From Nitrospinota bacterium (GTDB lineage: Bacteria > Nitrospinota > Nitrospinia > Nitrospinales > VA-1), in NCBI GenBank assembly GCA_014382285.1, contig JACNKA010000124.1, positions 1,647 through 65,646 on the forward strand: a DNA stretch of 64,000 nt, in the 5' to 3' direction. The notes beneath the pieces were generated by a model. That model searched no databases. It worked only from the letters and a program-made list of their open reading frames with translations, and was not told the DNA's origin. The position numbers and the translations under genes are program-made. Below, in pieces: positions 56,749-64,000 of this stretch (position 1 is its first letter; each line of letters begins with the position of its first letter).

Positions 56749-58011
56749 TCAGTCTCTTGCAGTGACAGCAGAAATACTTTCCAGCATTTTTAAAGCTCCG
56801 GCTTTCTCAATCGGGGTTAGCTTAGGCGAGTCCGCCATCTTGGCGATGTCACGGCGTTTCTCCTCGATGAACGACTTAAAGTCTTCCTCATCCGGCACCA
56901 CCAGGTTTACTTCTCCATCCTCGCCAATAAACCTTTGCTTTAAAAAGCGGAAATAGATTCCCAGCCGGACTGCCGGGTCCTTCAAGCGCAGGTGATAGGT
57001 CATGGTCATCAAGGCTTCGTGTTTGCGGTCAATACGATAACCCAGCCGGGTGTTCTCAAGCTTGTTGAACTGTATGTCCAGAATAGAAAACGCCTCTTTG
57101 AGTGATGAGGGGTCAAGATCCAATGGCGGAAGCGGTAGAGTTTTCACTGCCGCGATGTCGAGCAGTAACGAAACCGCGCGGGTCTGCTCCCCCAGATAAG
57201 CGGCCTTAAAAGGATACTTGCGGTTCAGACGCGACACTTCCTGCAACACCGGCTCCATCTTTTCGATTGCGGTTTTTATTTTCGCCTCGTGTTCAAATGG
57301 CATTAAAAACCACTGCACCTCTCTCGGAACAATCATATCCTCCCCAAGAACGTTTCCCTTCTCTTTCACCGGACGGGCAAAAAATTGGTCGAGAATGTCC
57401 CGAAATTCTGCAATGAAAAAACCTGTTACCGTGTCCGCAAAATAAGGGAAATTCAAAATCAGAAACCTGGGGTCCGAACGGATATTAAGCCCATACGCTT
57501 CCAGCTCATTGGCGATGCCCAGAAACGGCTGGGTTAAATGTAAAGACTCATGCAGGTGTGTGGCGTTACCATACACCCGACTATCAACCAGAATTGCAGC
57601 AGGAGAAATGCGAATCGTGTCAAAAGTGGTGTGGGCAAACTGACCGGGACGTAACCATTCATCCGACCAGGACTGAATAATGAATTGTTTTAACGGAGGT
57701 AGATCCGGGAAAAGTTCAGCCAGACGGCTCAGCGATTGCCGCATCCGGTCAATCGACTTGTCCAGCAATTGTTCCGGGTCATGGCACTCGCCACAGCCAT
57801 AGGCTTTGAATCCGGGAAGTGTGAAAACGGTTTCTCCACCTCCAAGGTTTACTTTTTTGGAGGGGCCACCACTCATTTCTTGGTTTTTTTTCGGCAGGTG
57901 TAGCAGAAGCAAACTATTTAGTTCACCTAACCCGACACGTTCCTCCGCCTTTAACGGAGAGACCGAAAAAAGAAGAAAGCCGATAACGGCAATATAGAAT
58001 GTTTTTTTCAA
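56749..58011 (-). CDS. Secreted protein with one CxxCH and one HExxH motif (function unknown)
   Basis: Signal peptide MKKTFYIAVIGFLLFSVSPLKA, CGECH at about residue 75, and HESLH followed by NELEAYG. 420 aa. Confidence 0.55.
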   Translation of the reverse strand: MKKTFYIAVIGFLLFSVSPLKAEERVGLGELNSLLLLHLPKKNQEMSGGPSKKVNLGGGETVFTLPGFKAYGCGECHDPEQLLDKSIDRMRQSLSRLAELFPDLPPLKQFIIQSWSDEWLRPGQFAHTTFDTIRISPAAILVDSRVYGNATHLHESLHLTQPFLGIANELEAYGLNIRSDPRFLILNFPYFADTVTGFFIAEFRDILDQFFARPVKEKGNVLGEDMIVPREVQWFLMPFEHEAKIKTAIEKMEPVLQEVSRLNRKYPFKAAYLGEQTRAVSLLLDIAAVKTLPLPPLDLDPSSLKEAFSILDIQFNKLENTRLGYRIDRKHEALMTMTYHLRLKDPAVRLGIYFRFLKQRFIGEDGEVNLVVPDEEDFKSFIEEKRRDIAKMADSPKLTPIEKAGALKMLESISAVTARD

Positions 58012-58050
58012 AATAATACTTAATCTTTCAGCAATAAAACATAAGAGGCA

Positions 58051-58116
58051 ACCCCCTCAGTCCCCCTTATCAGGGGGATGCACAGTTCCCCCCTGATAAG
58101 GGGGGCTAGGGGGGTT
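58051..58116. repeat. G/C-run double palindrome between two co-directional genes
   Basis: CCCCCTTATCAGGGGG (58062-58077) and CCCCCCTGATAAGGGGGG (58088-58105) are each hairpins and are reverse complements of one another. Flanked by further C5 and G6 runs. Confidence 0.65.
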
Positions 58117-58146
58117 AAAAATTTCCTGAATCAGGTAGCACCAAAC

Positions 58147-59847
58147 TCAAGGTTTCGGCTTCTTGATATTAAAACGTTGCCAAACACTGATCACCTTGCG
58201 TCCGTTGCGATCTTCCTTCATCCCGTCCCAAACGGCGAAGGCTATCAGGGCCGGGTCAATGCGCTGGGCAAAGTCCACATCCCATTTACCGGTTTTTAGC
58301 ATGTCACGGAGAAAAACCACCGTCCAGATCCCGTCCTTCCACTCACCGGCACCCTCCACATTCTGGTTTTCAGACGGTTGTGGTGTGACCGTGCCGAATC
58401 CTTCTGCATTCATTTCTTCAACCGGGTTCAGGCCAGTGGGGTTTAATTTGGCAACCGGGTTTGACATGATGCCACCATAGATCAGTGCGTCCATATCCAC
58501 CCCGCCGCCAGCATATTCAAGATCGTCCTCGGCTTCGAGTGCTTCTTCCAGACCGGCTTTCCAATGCCAGATATTTACCGGCTTATTGCGATTACCCATG
58601 CCAAAAAACGGTTCGTTATGCCCGTGTGTGTGAAGCGTCACCGCCCCCAGCGCAAATTGCACCGCCACCCCATCGCGGAATATGTCTGAATGCAATTCAG
58701 AAAATGCGTCATGAGTCGGGTCCTCCCACTGCAAACGTACCGCCAGTTGTTCGCCATTATTCACCGAAGCCACATTGATGAATTCCACCGCACCCCGCCG
58801 CGCCGATAACGGTCGCAATACCAGGTTTGTCGTAGCGACCCCCTCCCACACCGGACTATAAGGGTCGGTGCTCAGTTCCACCCCGACAGGAAGTGAATGA
58901 AGATCCGTTTCAAATTCCGCTTCTTTAAATTGCTTCACAAGTTTTGAACGAATATAGTGCACCAATGCCCAACGATCTTCTTCGGGAATATGGATATAGG
59001 AACCCATAGGCGTTCCATCCAGCCCAGTAGTGATGGTTCTGAAAAGGTCTTCCGGCTTGTGTCCACTTTTAAAATAATGCGGGTTGGTGATGTCCTGCAC
59101 AAACACAGCATGCTTCCAGGCGTCCATGAGCGATTCGGCCAGTTCGCCATCCCCCTTTAAAGAATCGCCGTGACAACGAAAACATTTTAATTTTTTAAAC
59201 AGCTCCTTGCCCCGGGCCACCCGTTCCGGCGTAGATGCAAGAGCCTTGGCAAACTCAATTTTCTCACCCTGCGGTTCTTTCTTGAATCGAGGAGCAAAGT
59301 TTTTAATATGATTGACCAAAGCCCAGGTGTCTTCGGGACTCAACGCATCTCCCCAGGCAGGCATGGAGGTACCAGGAACACCACTTATGATCGTCCGGTA
59401 TAAATCTTCATCGCGAGGAAGAGTGCCTGTTGGAGTGGAGCGGAATTTGAAAATTCCTTCTCTGAAATCTCTCGGCCAGGGGTATAAATAGTCAACCGCC
59501 TCGCCGCCGCCGTTACCATCTTCTCCGTGACAGAACACACACATATGCAAATAAATGTTGCGACCACGTGCAAGCAGACTTTTCGAATCCATATCCACAG
59601 GCTTGCTTTGCTCAAGTTGATCATGCGACCCGCGGGTACGGAATAAACCATCGCCGTGTTGCATGGCCCCATGATCCATGGCCCCATGATCCTCGTCAGT
59701 CCGATACTCCTCTCCAGGCACAGAGTGACTCATCGCACCATGATCCATTTCATGTTCCTGCGCCATTACTGATGAAACAATGCAACAAAAACCTGCCAAC
59801 ACCAATAACGCTATCCCTGATCGAAAAAATCGCACTTTATGTTTCAT
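58147..59847 (-). CDS. Periplasmic dihaem cytochrome c fused to an ethylbenzene-dehydrogenase-gamma/NxrC-like haem b domain
   Basis: Signal peptide, a His/Met-rich stretch with three DHGAM repeats, and two CxxCH motifs (CVFCH, CFRCH). The C-terminal ~230 aa (VAVQFALGAVTLHTHGHNEPFFGMGNRNKPVNIWHWKA...) resemble gamma subunits of type II DMSO reductase-family enzymes. Confidence 0.7.
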   Translation of the reverse strand: MKHKVRFFRSGIALLVLAGFCCIVSSVMAQEHEMDHGAMSHSVPGEEYRTDEDHGAMDHGAMQHGDGLFRTRGSHDQLEQSKPVDMDSKSLLARGRNIYLHMCVFCHGEDGNGGGEAVDYLYPWPRDFREGIFKFRSTPTGTLPRDEDLYRTIISGVPGTSMPAWGDALSPEDTWALVNHIKNFAPRFKKEPQGEKIEFAKALASTPERVARGKELFKKLKCFRCHGDSLKGDGELAESLMDAWKHAVFVQDITNPHYFKSGHKPEDLFRTITTGLDGTPMGSYIHIPEEDRWALVHYIRSKLVKQFKEAEFETDLHSLPVGVELSTDPYSPVWEGVATTNLVLRPLSARRGAVEFINVASVNNGEQLAVRLQWEDPTHDAFSELHSDIFRDGVAVQFALGAVTLHTHGHNEPFFGMGNRNKPVNIWHWKAGLEEALEAEDDLEYAGGGVDMDALIYGGIMSNPVAKLNPTGLNPVEEMNAEGFGTVTPQPSENQNVEGAGEWKDGIWTVVFLRDMLKTGKWDVDFAQRIDPALIAFAVWDGMKEDRNGRKVISVWQRFNIKKPKP

Positions 59848-59898
59848 ATCTATTATCTCCTACCAGTCAACCGCCGGTGGTAAATAGCAAAAACTCTT

Positions 59899-59946
59899 CA
59901 AGCCAAGCTAACTACTGCTAACCCGACAAAGCTATTGCACGCTGGC
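59899..59946. repeat. Dispersed repeat family fragment overlapping the 3' end of the DUF1566 gene
   Basis: CCGACAAAGCTATTGCACGCTGGC matches 13380-13406 of copy A. The last 5 sense codons and the stop codon of the minus-strand ORF lie inside it. Confidence 0.5.
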
Positions 59947-60432
59947 CTCACGCCCAGTGACCATTTTTACGCCTTGCTCCATGTCTGCCAGATCTTTAAG
60001 GTTAAAATAATTTTCTTTATTCCCGAGACCAAAATACCACGCATGATCCAGTCCGCGCTCGTCCCCACTCCAGATATAATAACTCCCTCCATCTGCAAAT
60101 CCGAGAGGAAGCCCAAGAGTTTCTCTGTCCTTGCTTTTTATCTTTCCCGAAGACACCCACAGGCGATTCAGTTCATTCAGGTTGGGCAAACGCCAATCAT
60201 CATGCCCAGCAAACTTTTCTGAGTTTTTTATGGCGACATACTCCAAAGCCTCATACCAGTTGAGTCCCTTTTTCAATTCATGAAAAGAATCGCCTTTCTG
60301 CCAGACCAAGCCAGTATCGGAATCCGTCACGCTGCCATTCTGGTTGTCAACAAGACCTGCCGCCCCAACCGGAACGACGCTGAGAAATAAAGCAAGGAAG
60401 ATTGCTGAAACAAAATATGATAAAGCTGGCAT
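59932..60432 (-). CDS. DUF1566 (Lcl C-terminal domain-like) secreted protein
   Basis: Signal-like N-terminus from ATG 60432 (MPALSYFVSAIFLALFLSVVPVGA). TGLVWQK...NWYEALEY...GHDDWRLPNLNELNRL is typical of DUF1566. Confidence 0.7.
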   Translation of the reverse strand: MPALSYFVSAIFLALFLSVVPVGAAGLVDNQNGSVTDSDTGLVWQKGDSFHELKKGLNWYEALEYVAIKNSEKFAGHDDWRLPNLNELNRLWVSSGKIKSKDRETLGLPLGFADGGSYYIWSGDERGLDHAWYFGLGNKENYFNLKDLADMEQGVKMVTGREASVQ

Positions 60433-60559
60433 GTACTCATCCCTTTTCACAATTGAGCAATTACATATAAGATTATACCGGAGAAAAAAATGGAATGAAC
60501 CCCTAACCGGCAATTCGTGGGGAACAAAATGTTTTCAAAGAGCTCCACTGGGCGGAGTG

Positions 60560-60649
60560 CCTCCGCTGATAATTAGCAATATCTTTATCTTGCCATCAAT
60601 CGGTCTCTCGGCTAAACAAGCTATCACTCCATTGTCCCACGCCGAGTGG
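60560..60649. repeat. Dispersed repeat family copy
   Basis: Ends with CATTGTCCCACGCCGAGTGG. The reverse complement of 60560-60627 (ATAGCTTGTTTAGCCGAGAG...AAAGATATTGCTAAT) aligns with 49680-49730. Confidence 0.5.
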
Positions 60650-60680
60650 TTGCAGAATGCTCCAGGCTTCGGTATTCTGA

Positions 60681-60896
60681 TTGCCGCAACAACTCAGTGT
60701 GGCATTTAAAACTCATTCAAAACTTGCGGGGTATTCATTGGACACAACACAACTCATTGAGGGCATCACAAACTTTATCACTGCCCTGCCACCCTTATTG
60801 CAACTGTTGCTAGGCATATTCGCGACCCTTGGATTCCTTAGATTATTCATGCTTGTGGTGGATTTCATCGAAGACCGCAGAGAAGGAAAGAGCTAA
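60681..60896 (+). CDS. Possible small membrane protein (weak call)
   Basis: 71-aa ORF with only TTG starts and one hydrophobic helix (LPPLLQLLLGIFATLGFLRLFMLVV). Its 5' part overlaps repeat-rich intergenic DNA. Confidence 0.25.
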   Translation: MPQQLSVAFKTHSKLAGYSLDTTQLIEGITNFITALPPLLQLLLGIFATLGFLRLFMLVVDFIEDRREGKS

Positions 60897-60909
60897 CGAT
60901 TCACTCTCT

Positions 60910-61662
60910 TCACAATTCAAATTGCATGAGGTCACGAGCCAGAGCCAGTTTGCCCTTGTAGAGAGCGGATACCGTTTCACGCATGACTTCCAAATCGCAA
61001 GGTGGATAAAAATGCGTGAGGCAAAGCGTTTTACAGTCTGCTTCTTTCGCCAACTTACCAGCCAGTGAGGGAACCAGATGTCCGGCTATTTTACCTTCAT
61101 CGGGCATGGCACATTCCAGAATCATAAGGTCTGCCTCCCGGCCCAGCTCGATCATTCCCTCACAATAATCCGTATCTCCAGATAACACCACCGACTTTCC
61201 CGCCGAGTTCTCAAACCGGTAGCCCCGACTCATCTCGATATGCCGGACTTTTTTGAAAGTCACTTGATGCGGGCCAAACTTTTTCGATCCTTCATCAATC
61301 TCCGTGATATTAAGCTGGTACTCCGTGGGGATAAGCCAACGCCCGAACGCAGACATGAGCTTATCGAAAAACTTTTGAAAGCCCGGACCGGCCACGATTT
61401 CCAGATCTTTTTTTCTTACAGAGGGACGATAACGGGCACCAAATAAAAAGGGGATCAAATCGCACATATGATCCGGGTGGTTGTGAGTGAAAAAAATCCG
61501 GTCGATATCGTGGCAGGTGATTCCCAGATGTAAAAGTTGTTTCAGCGTTCCATAGCCGAAGTCAATGAGGGTGTTTATGCCCTCTTCCTGAATGAGAACG
61601 CCCGACGAACTGCGCTCCAGCGATGGCACTGCGGTACCAGAACCCAGTATTGTGACCTTCAT
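60910..61662 (-). CDS. MBL-fold metallo-hydrolase (RNase Z/ElaC-like)
   Basis: FTHNHPDHMCD (HxHxDH) motif plus downstream His/Asp ligands. 250 aa. Confidence 0.8.
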   Translation of the reverse strand: MKVTILGSGTAVPSLERSSSGVLIQEEGINTLIDFGYGTLKQLLHLGITCHDIDRIFFTHNHPDHMCDLIPFLFGARYRPSVRKKDLEIVAGPGFQKFFDKLMSAFGRWLIPTEYQLNITEIDEGSKKFGPHQVTFKKVRHIEMSRGYRFENSAGKSVVLSGDTDYCEGMIELGREADLMILECAMPDEGKIAGHLVPSLAGKLAKEADCKTLCLTHFYPPCDLEVMRETVSALYKGKLALARDLMQFEL

Positions 61663-61716
61663 AGTTCACCAGATGGATGAAACCAAATCCCCCCAACCTT
61701 TTGTGCAATGCCAGGG

Positions 61717-62904
61717 CTATTGGCGGGATTTTCGGAAAATGCCGAACGAACTGGTGTAGCCGTGTAAAAAAGTAGTCTTTCCCACTGGCCCAATTTCCCC
61801 GTTGCAGAAAAACCCACCCAGAGGAATTTTCCCCAGTTTGTCCTGGAACATATCGGTATCGTGATTGACTTTGCCGTACAAGTATTGACCACGGCCCAGA
61901 CAGGAAAACAACAAGGCTCCCTTAGCATTCTCAGCGTTGCCCTGCCTCAGATAACGAGTCAACATGACATCCAGATCGTCTGCCGACATTTGTTTATCGC
62001 GCAAATGAAACTGCACCAGTTGTCCATTTCTTAACATGGCACCTATGGCCACGGCTCCGCTTTCCCGATCAACCCCCATCAAATTGCGGATGAGAAAATC
62101 TCCCTGCTGCGGATTGTCTTTCATGGGATCCATTTCTATCCCCAAAAACAGAGAACTCTGGATCAGTTTTTTATCAGCATCCGATAAAGTTTCGTTCAGT
62201 TCATGAAGCACTTCCAGCGGCGGCCTGCCCGCCAGTTCCTTCAACAGGTTGTGCTCACATTGGGTGATTTGCAGGGGTTCACCAATAGGGCGGCAGCCCT
62301 GCGCAACAATAGTATCGACCTCAATATCACCGCTCAACGCGATGCCGATCAATCCGTTATCATAAATTTTATCCCCAAGATACAGAGCATTCCCCCCCTG
62401 GGCTTGAGCGCCACTGGCAAGACCTCCAACCTTTTTACTGTTGGGGTAGGCAAAATCCACTCCCGCCAGAAACTCTTCGCCTCGGAATGAAAAGGGGTCT
62501 GCCAGAAATACAAAGTGAGGCTGGTCTTCCACATTCACTTTCAGCCATTCTCGCCAGACAGATGGGGAAGTATCCTGATTCGGCAAATCGGTGGTCTCTA
62601 CCTGGATGGGCTGAATTTTCACACCGGGTAAATCGGCGCAGGTGATACTGATTGCCGCCTGTTGCTCTGCCTCTTCGCCATTACCAATAATCCCTCCGCC
62701 CGAACAGCCAAAGAGCAAGCCGGGTTTGATATAGCGGCTGACCAATTCGGGAACCTTGTCATAAAACTCCTTAAACTGGGGAGAAACAAACACAACAGTC
62801 AAATCGGCATGATCTTTGCCAAGCTGTTGGACAGCGGATTCCGCCGCTTCTTGTATAGCACTATCAATGTCAGTTTGTCGTGAGAGTGCGGAAACCCACT
62901 TCAT
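61717..62904 (-). CDS. FIST N/C domain-containing sensor protein
   Basis: 395 aa. LTVVFVSPQF...LFGCSGGGIIG...GFFCNGEIGP is typical of FIST_N + FIST_C. Confidence 0.7.
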   Translation of the reverse strand: MKWVSALSRQTDIDSAIQEAAESAVQQLGKDHADLTVVFVSPQFKEFYDKVPELVSRYIKPGLLFGCSGGGIIGNGEEAEQQAAISITCADLPGVKIQPIQVETTDLPNQDTSPSVWREWLKVNVEDQPHFVFLADPFSFRGEEFLAGVDFAYPNSKKVGGLASGAQAQGGNALYLGDKIYDNGLIGIALSGDIEVDTIVAQGCRPIGEPLQITQCEHNLLKELAGRPPLEVLHELNETLSDADKKLIQSSLFLGIEMDPMKDNPQQGDFLIRNLMGVDRESGAVAIGAMLRNGQLVQFHLRDKQMSADDLDVMLTRYLRQGNAENAKGALLFSCLGRGQYLYGKVNHDTDMFQDKLGKIPLGGFFCNGEIGPVGKTTFLHGYTSSFGIFRKSRQ

Positions 62905-62942
62905 GAAGAACTCCTTTTTTTATTGGTTTTGCATATTAGATG

Positions 62943-64000
62943 CTAGGTTTCCGCTTTGGATTTTCCCATCAGTAATTCAATCGCTGACTCGGCCGACTGG
63001 GTTCCGCTCTGGATGCAGTCGGGTATGCCAATCCCACGATAGGCGCTTCCTGCAAGGAAAAGACCTTCTTGCAGCTCCTGCATGATCGCATCAATACGCT
63101 CAGAATGGTTCACCTGGTATTGCACGTTGGATTTTCGGTTATGAAAAACTTTGCAGAATACCGGCTCTTCCTTGATTCCCATTATTTCCTGAAGGTCCTG
63201 CTTGACCAGATTGGCCATGGTTTGTTCATCTTTTTCGGCAATGTCTTCCTGCAAGGCTCCTCCCAGATAACAGCGAAGCATGACATATCCTTCCGGTGCC
63301 CGGTGCGGAAACTTCGATGAGGTCCAGGTACAAGCAAGAATGCTACGGCCTTCACATTTAGGAACAACAAAGCCAAACCCGTTCAGAGCATGAGAAAAAC
63401 CTGCCTTCTTGTAAGCAATCGTCACGGTGGCGGTGGAAACATATTTGATCTGCGTTAAAAGTTCAGCCGCTTTAGGGGTGACCGATTGCAGAAACCGGGC
63501 AGTGATATGTCCGGGGGTCGCCAGTATCAGTGCTTGGGCTTTGTGTTCGCCACCACCCTCTAAACGTACGGACCAGTCGCCTTCTTCACCGGCAATGGAA
63601 TCTACTCTTGCCCCGGACTGAAATTGAATATCGGGGGATTTGTTAATCACAGCATCGACCATTTCTCCCAAACCATCCTTCAAGGTCATGAACAAGCTGA
63701 AGTTGCTTTTAGGGCGTTTACTGGCATTCAGAAGCATGGCTTTTTTTCGTGCCAGCATTCCTAAAATCAGGGATCGGTATTTACGCTCGGTCTCGACAAA
63801 CATCGGAAAGGTACTGCCAATGCTCATGGTTTCAGGGTCACTGGCATAAATGCCGGCGAGCATGGGCTCAGCCATTTTACTCAACGCTTCCTCCCCCATC
63901 CGCCTGCGAACAAACGAAGCCAGACTTTCATCGCTTTCATCGGCTTTTCTAGGGATCAAAAGATCGAACGCCATGCGGATTTTTCCCGACAGGCTGAATA
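62943..64000 (-). CDS. Protoporphyrinogen/coproporphyrinogen III oxidase (HemY/CgoX family), N-terminus beyond window end
   Basis: The reading frame stays open past the track's internal Met at 63974 to position 64000. FLAGSAYRGIGIPDCIQSG is the characteristic C-terminal FAD-domain motif of PPO. Confidence 0.75.
   Translation of the reverse strand, partial: FSLSGKIRMAFDLLIPRKADESDESLASFVRRRMGEEALSKMAEPMLAGIYASDPETMSIGSTFPMFVETERKYRSLILGMLARKKAMLLNASKRPKSNFSLFMTLKDGLGEMVDAVINKSPDIQFQSGARVDSIAGEEGDWSVRLEGGGEHKAQALILATPGHITARFLQSVTPKAAELLTQIKYVSTATVTIAYKKAGFSHALNGFGFVVPKCEGRSILACTWTSSKFPHRAPEGYVMLRCYLGGALQEDIAEKDEQTMANLVKQDLQEIMGIKEEPVFCKVFHNRKSNVQYQVNHSERIDAIMQELQEGLFLAGSAYRGIGIPDCIQSGTQSAESAIELLMGKSKAET

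Overview
A gene-dense 64-kb chromosomal window with about 55 protein genes and one intact tRNA. I found no rRNA, CRISPR array, transposase or integrase. Most of it is housekeeping or envelope/redox metabolism: the tail of a 2-oxoacid:ferredoxin oxidoreductase operon, rnhA, mltA, pcm, hflKC, trkAH, a Na+-pumping oxaloacetate decarboxylase (A-B-G order), rlmB, rpsU, ytfE/RIC, Nfu, ppa, an orphan nuoB, and a sigma54 activator next to a small redox operon. It also holds a dihaem cytochrome c fused to an ethylbenzene-dehydrogenase/NxrC-like haem b domain, FIST, and a truncated protoporphyrinogen oxidase, plus two giant AsmA-like proteins and a smaller 595-aa candidate. This content fits a Gram-negative, probably reductive-TCA chemolithoautotroph (Nitrospinota/Nitrospirota-like), but that is inference only. 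The strongest candidate for something new is a ~6.9-kb island at 42811-49750. It sits downstream of tRNA-Leu(UAA) and is bounded by copies of the tRNA 3' end. Its main cargo is one ~1,800-aa architecture split over two overlapping ORFs: an N-terminal PD-(D/E)xK-like (Cap4/DUF4297-like) nuclease, a STAND/NACHT-like P-loop NTPase, and more than 1,200 aa of unrecognisable helical sequence. The Walker A motif is in ORF1 and the Walker B motif is in ORF2. A ParDE-type toxin-antitoxin pair lies beside it, and no integrase is present. Other notable points are: (1) a radical SAM/SPASM gene whose start codon is out of frame with its CxxxCxxC motif because of a C5 run, paired with an unknown 296-aa gene and flanked by two ~140-bp direct repeats; (2) a dispersed family of structured intergenic repeats, related to those flanking repeats, with at least 9 copies or fragments; (3) a good sigma54 promoter (TGGCAC-N5-CTGCT) divergent from its likely activator; (4) a signal-peptide protein made almost entirely of R/Q/E/G repeats. 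All function calls come from motif recognition by eye; no database search was run.
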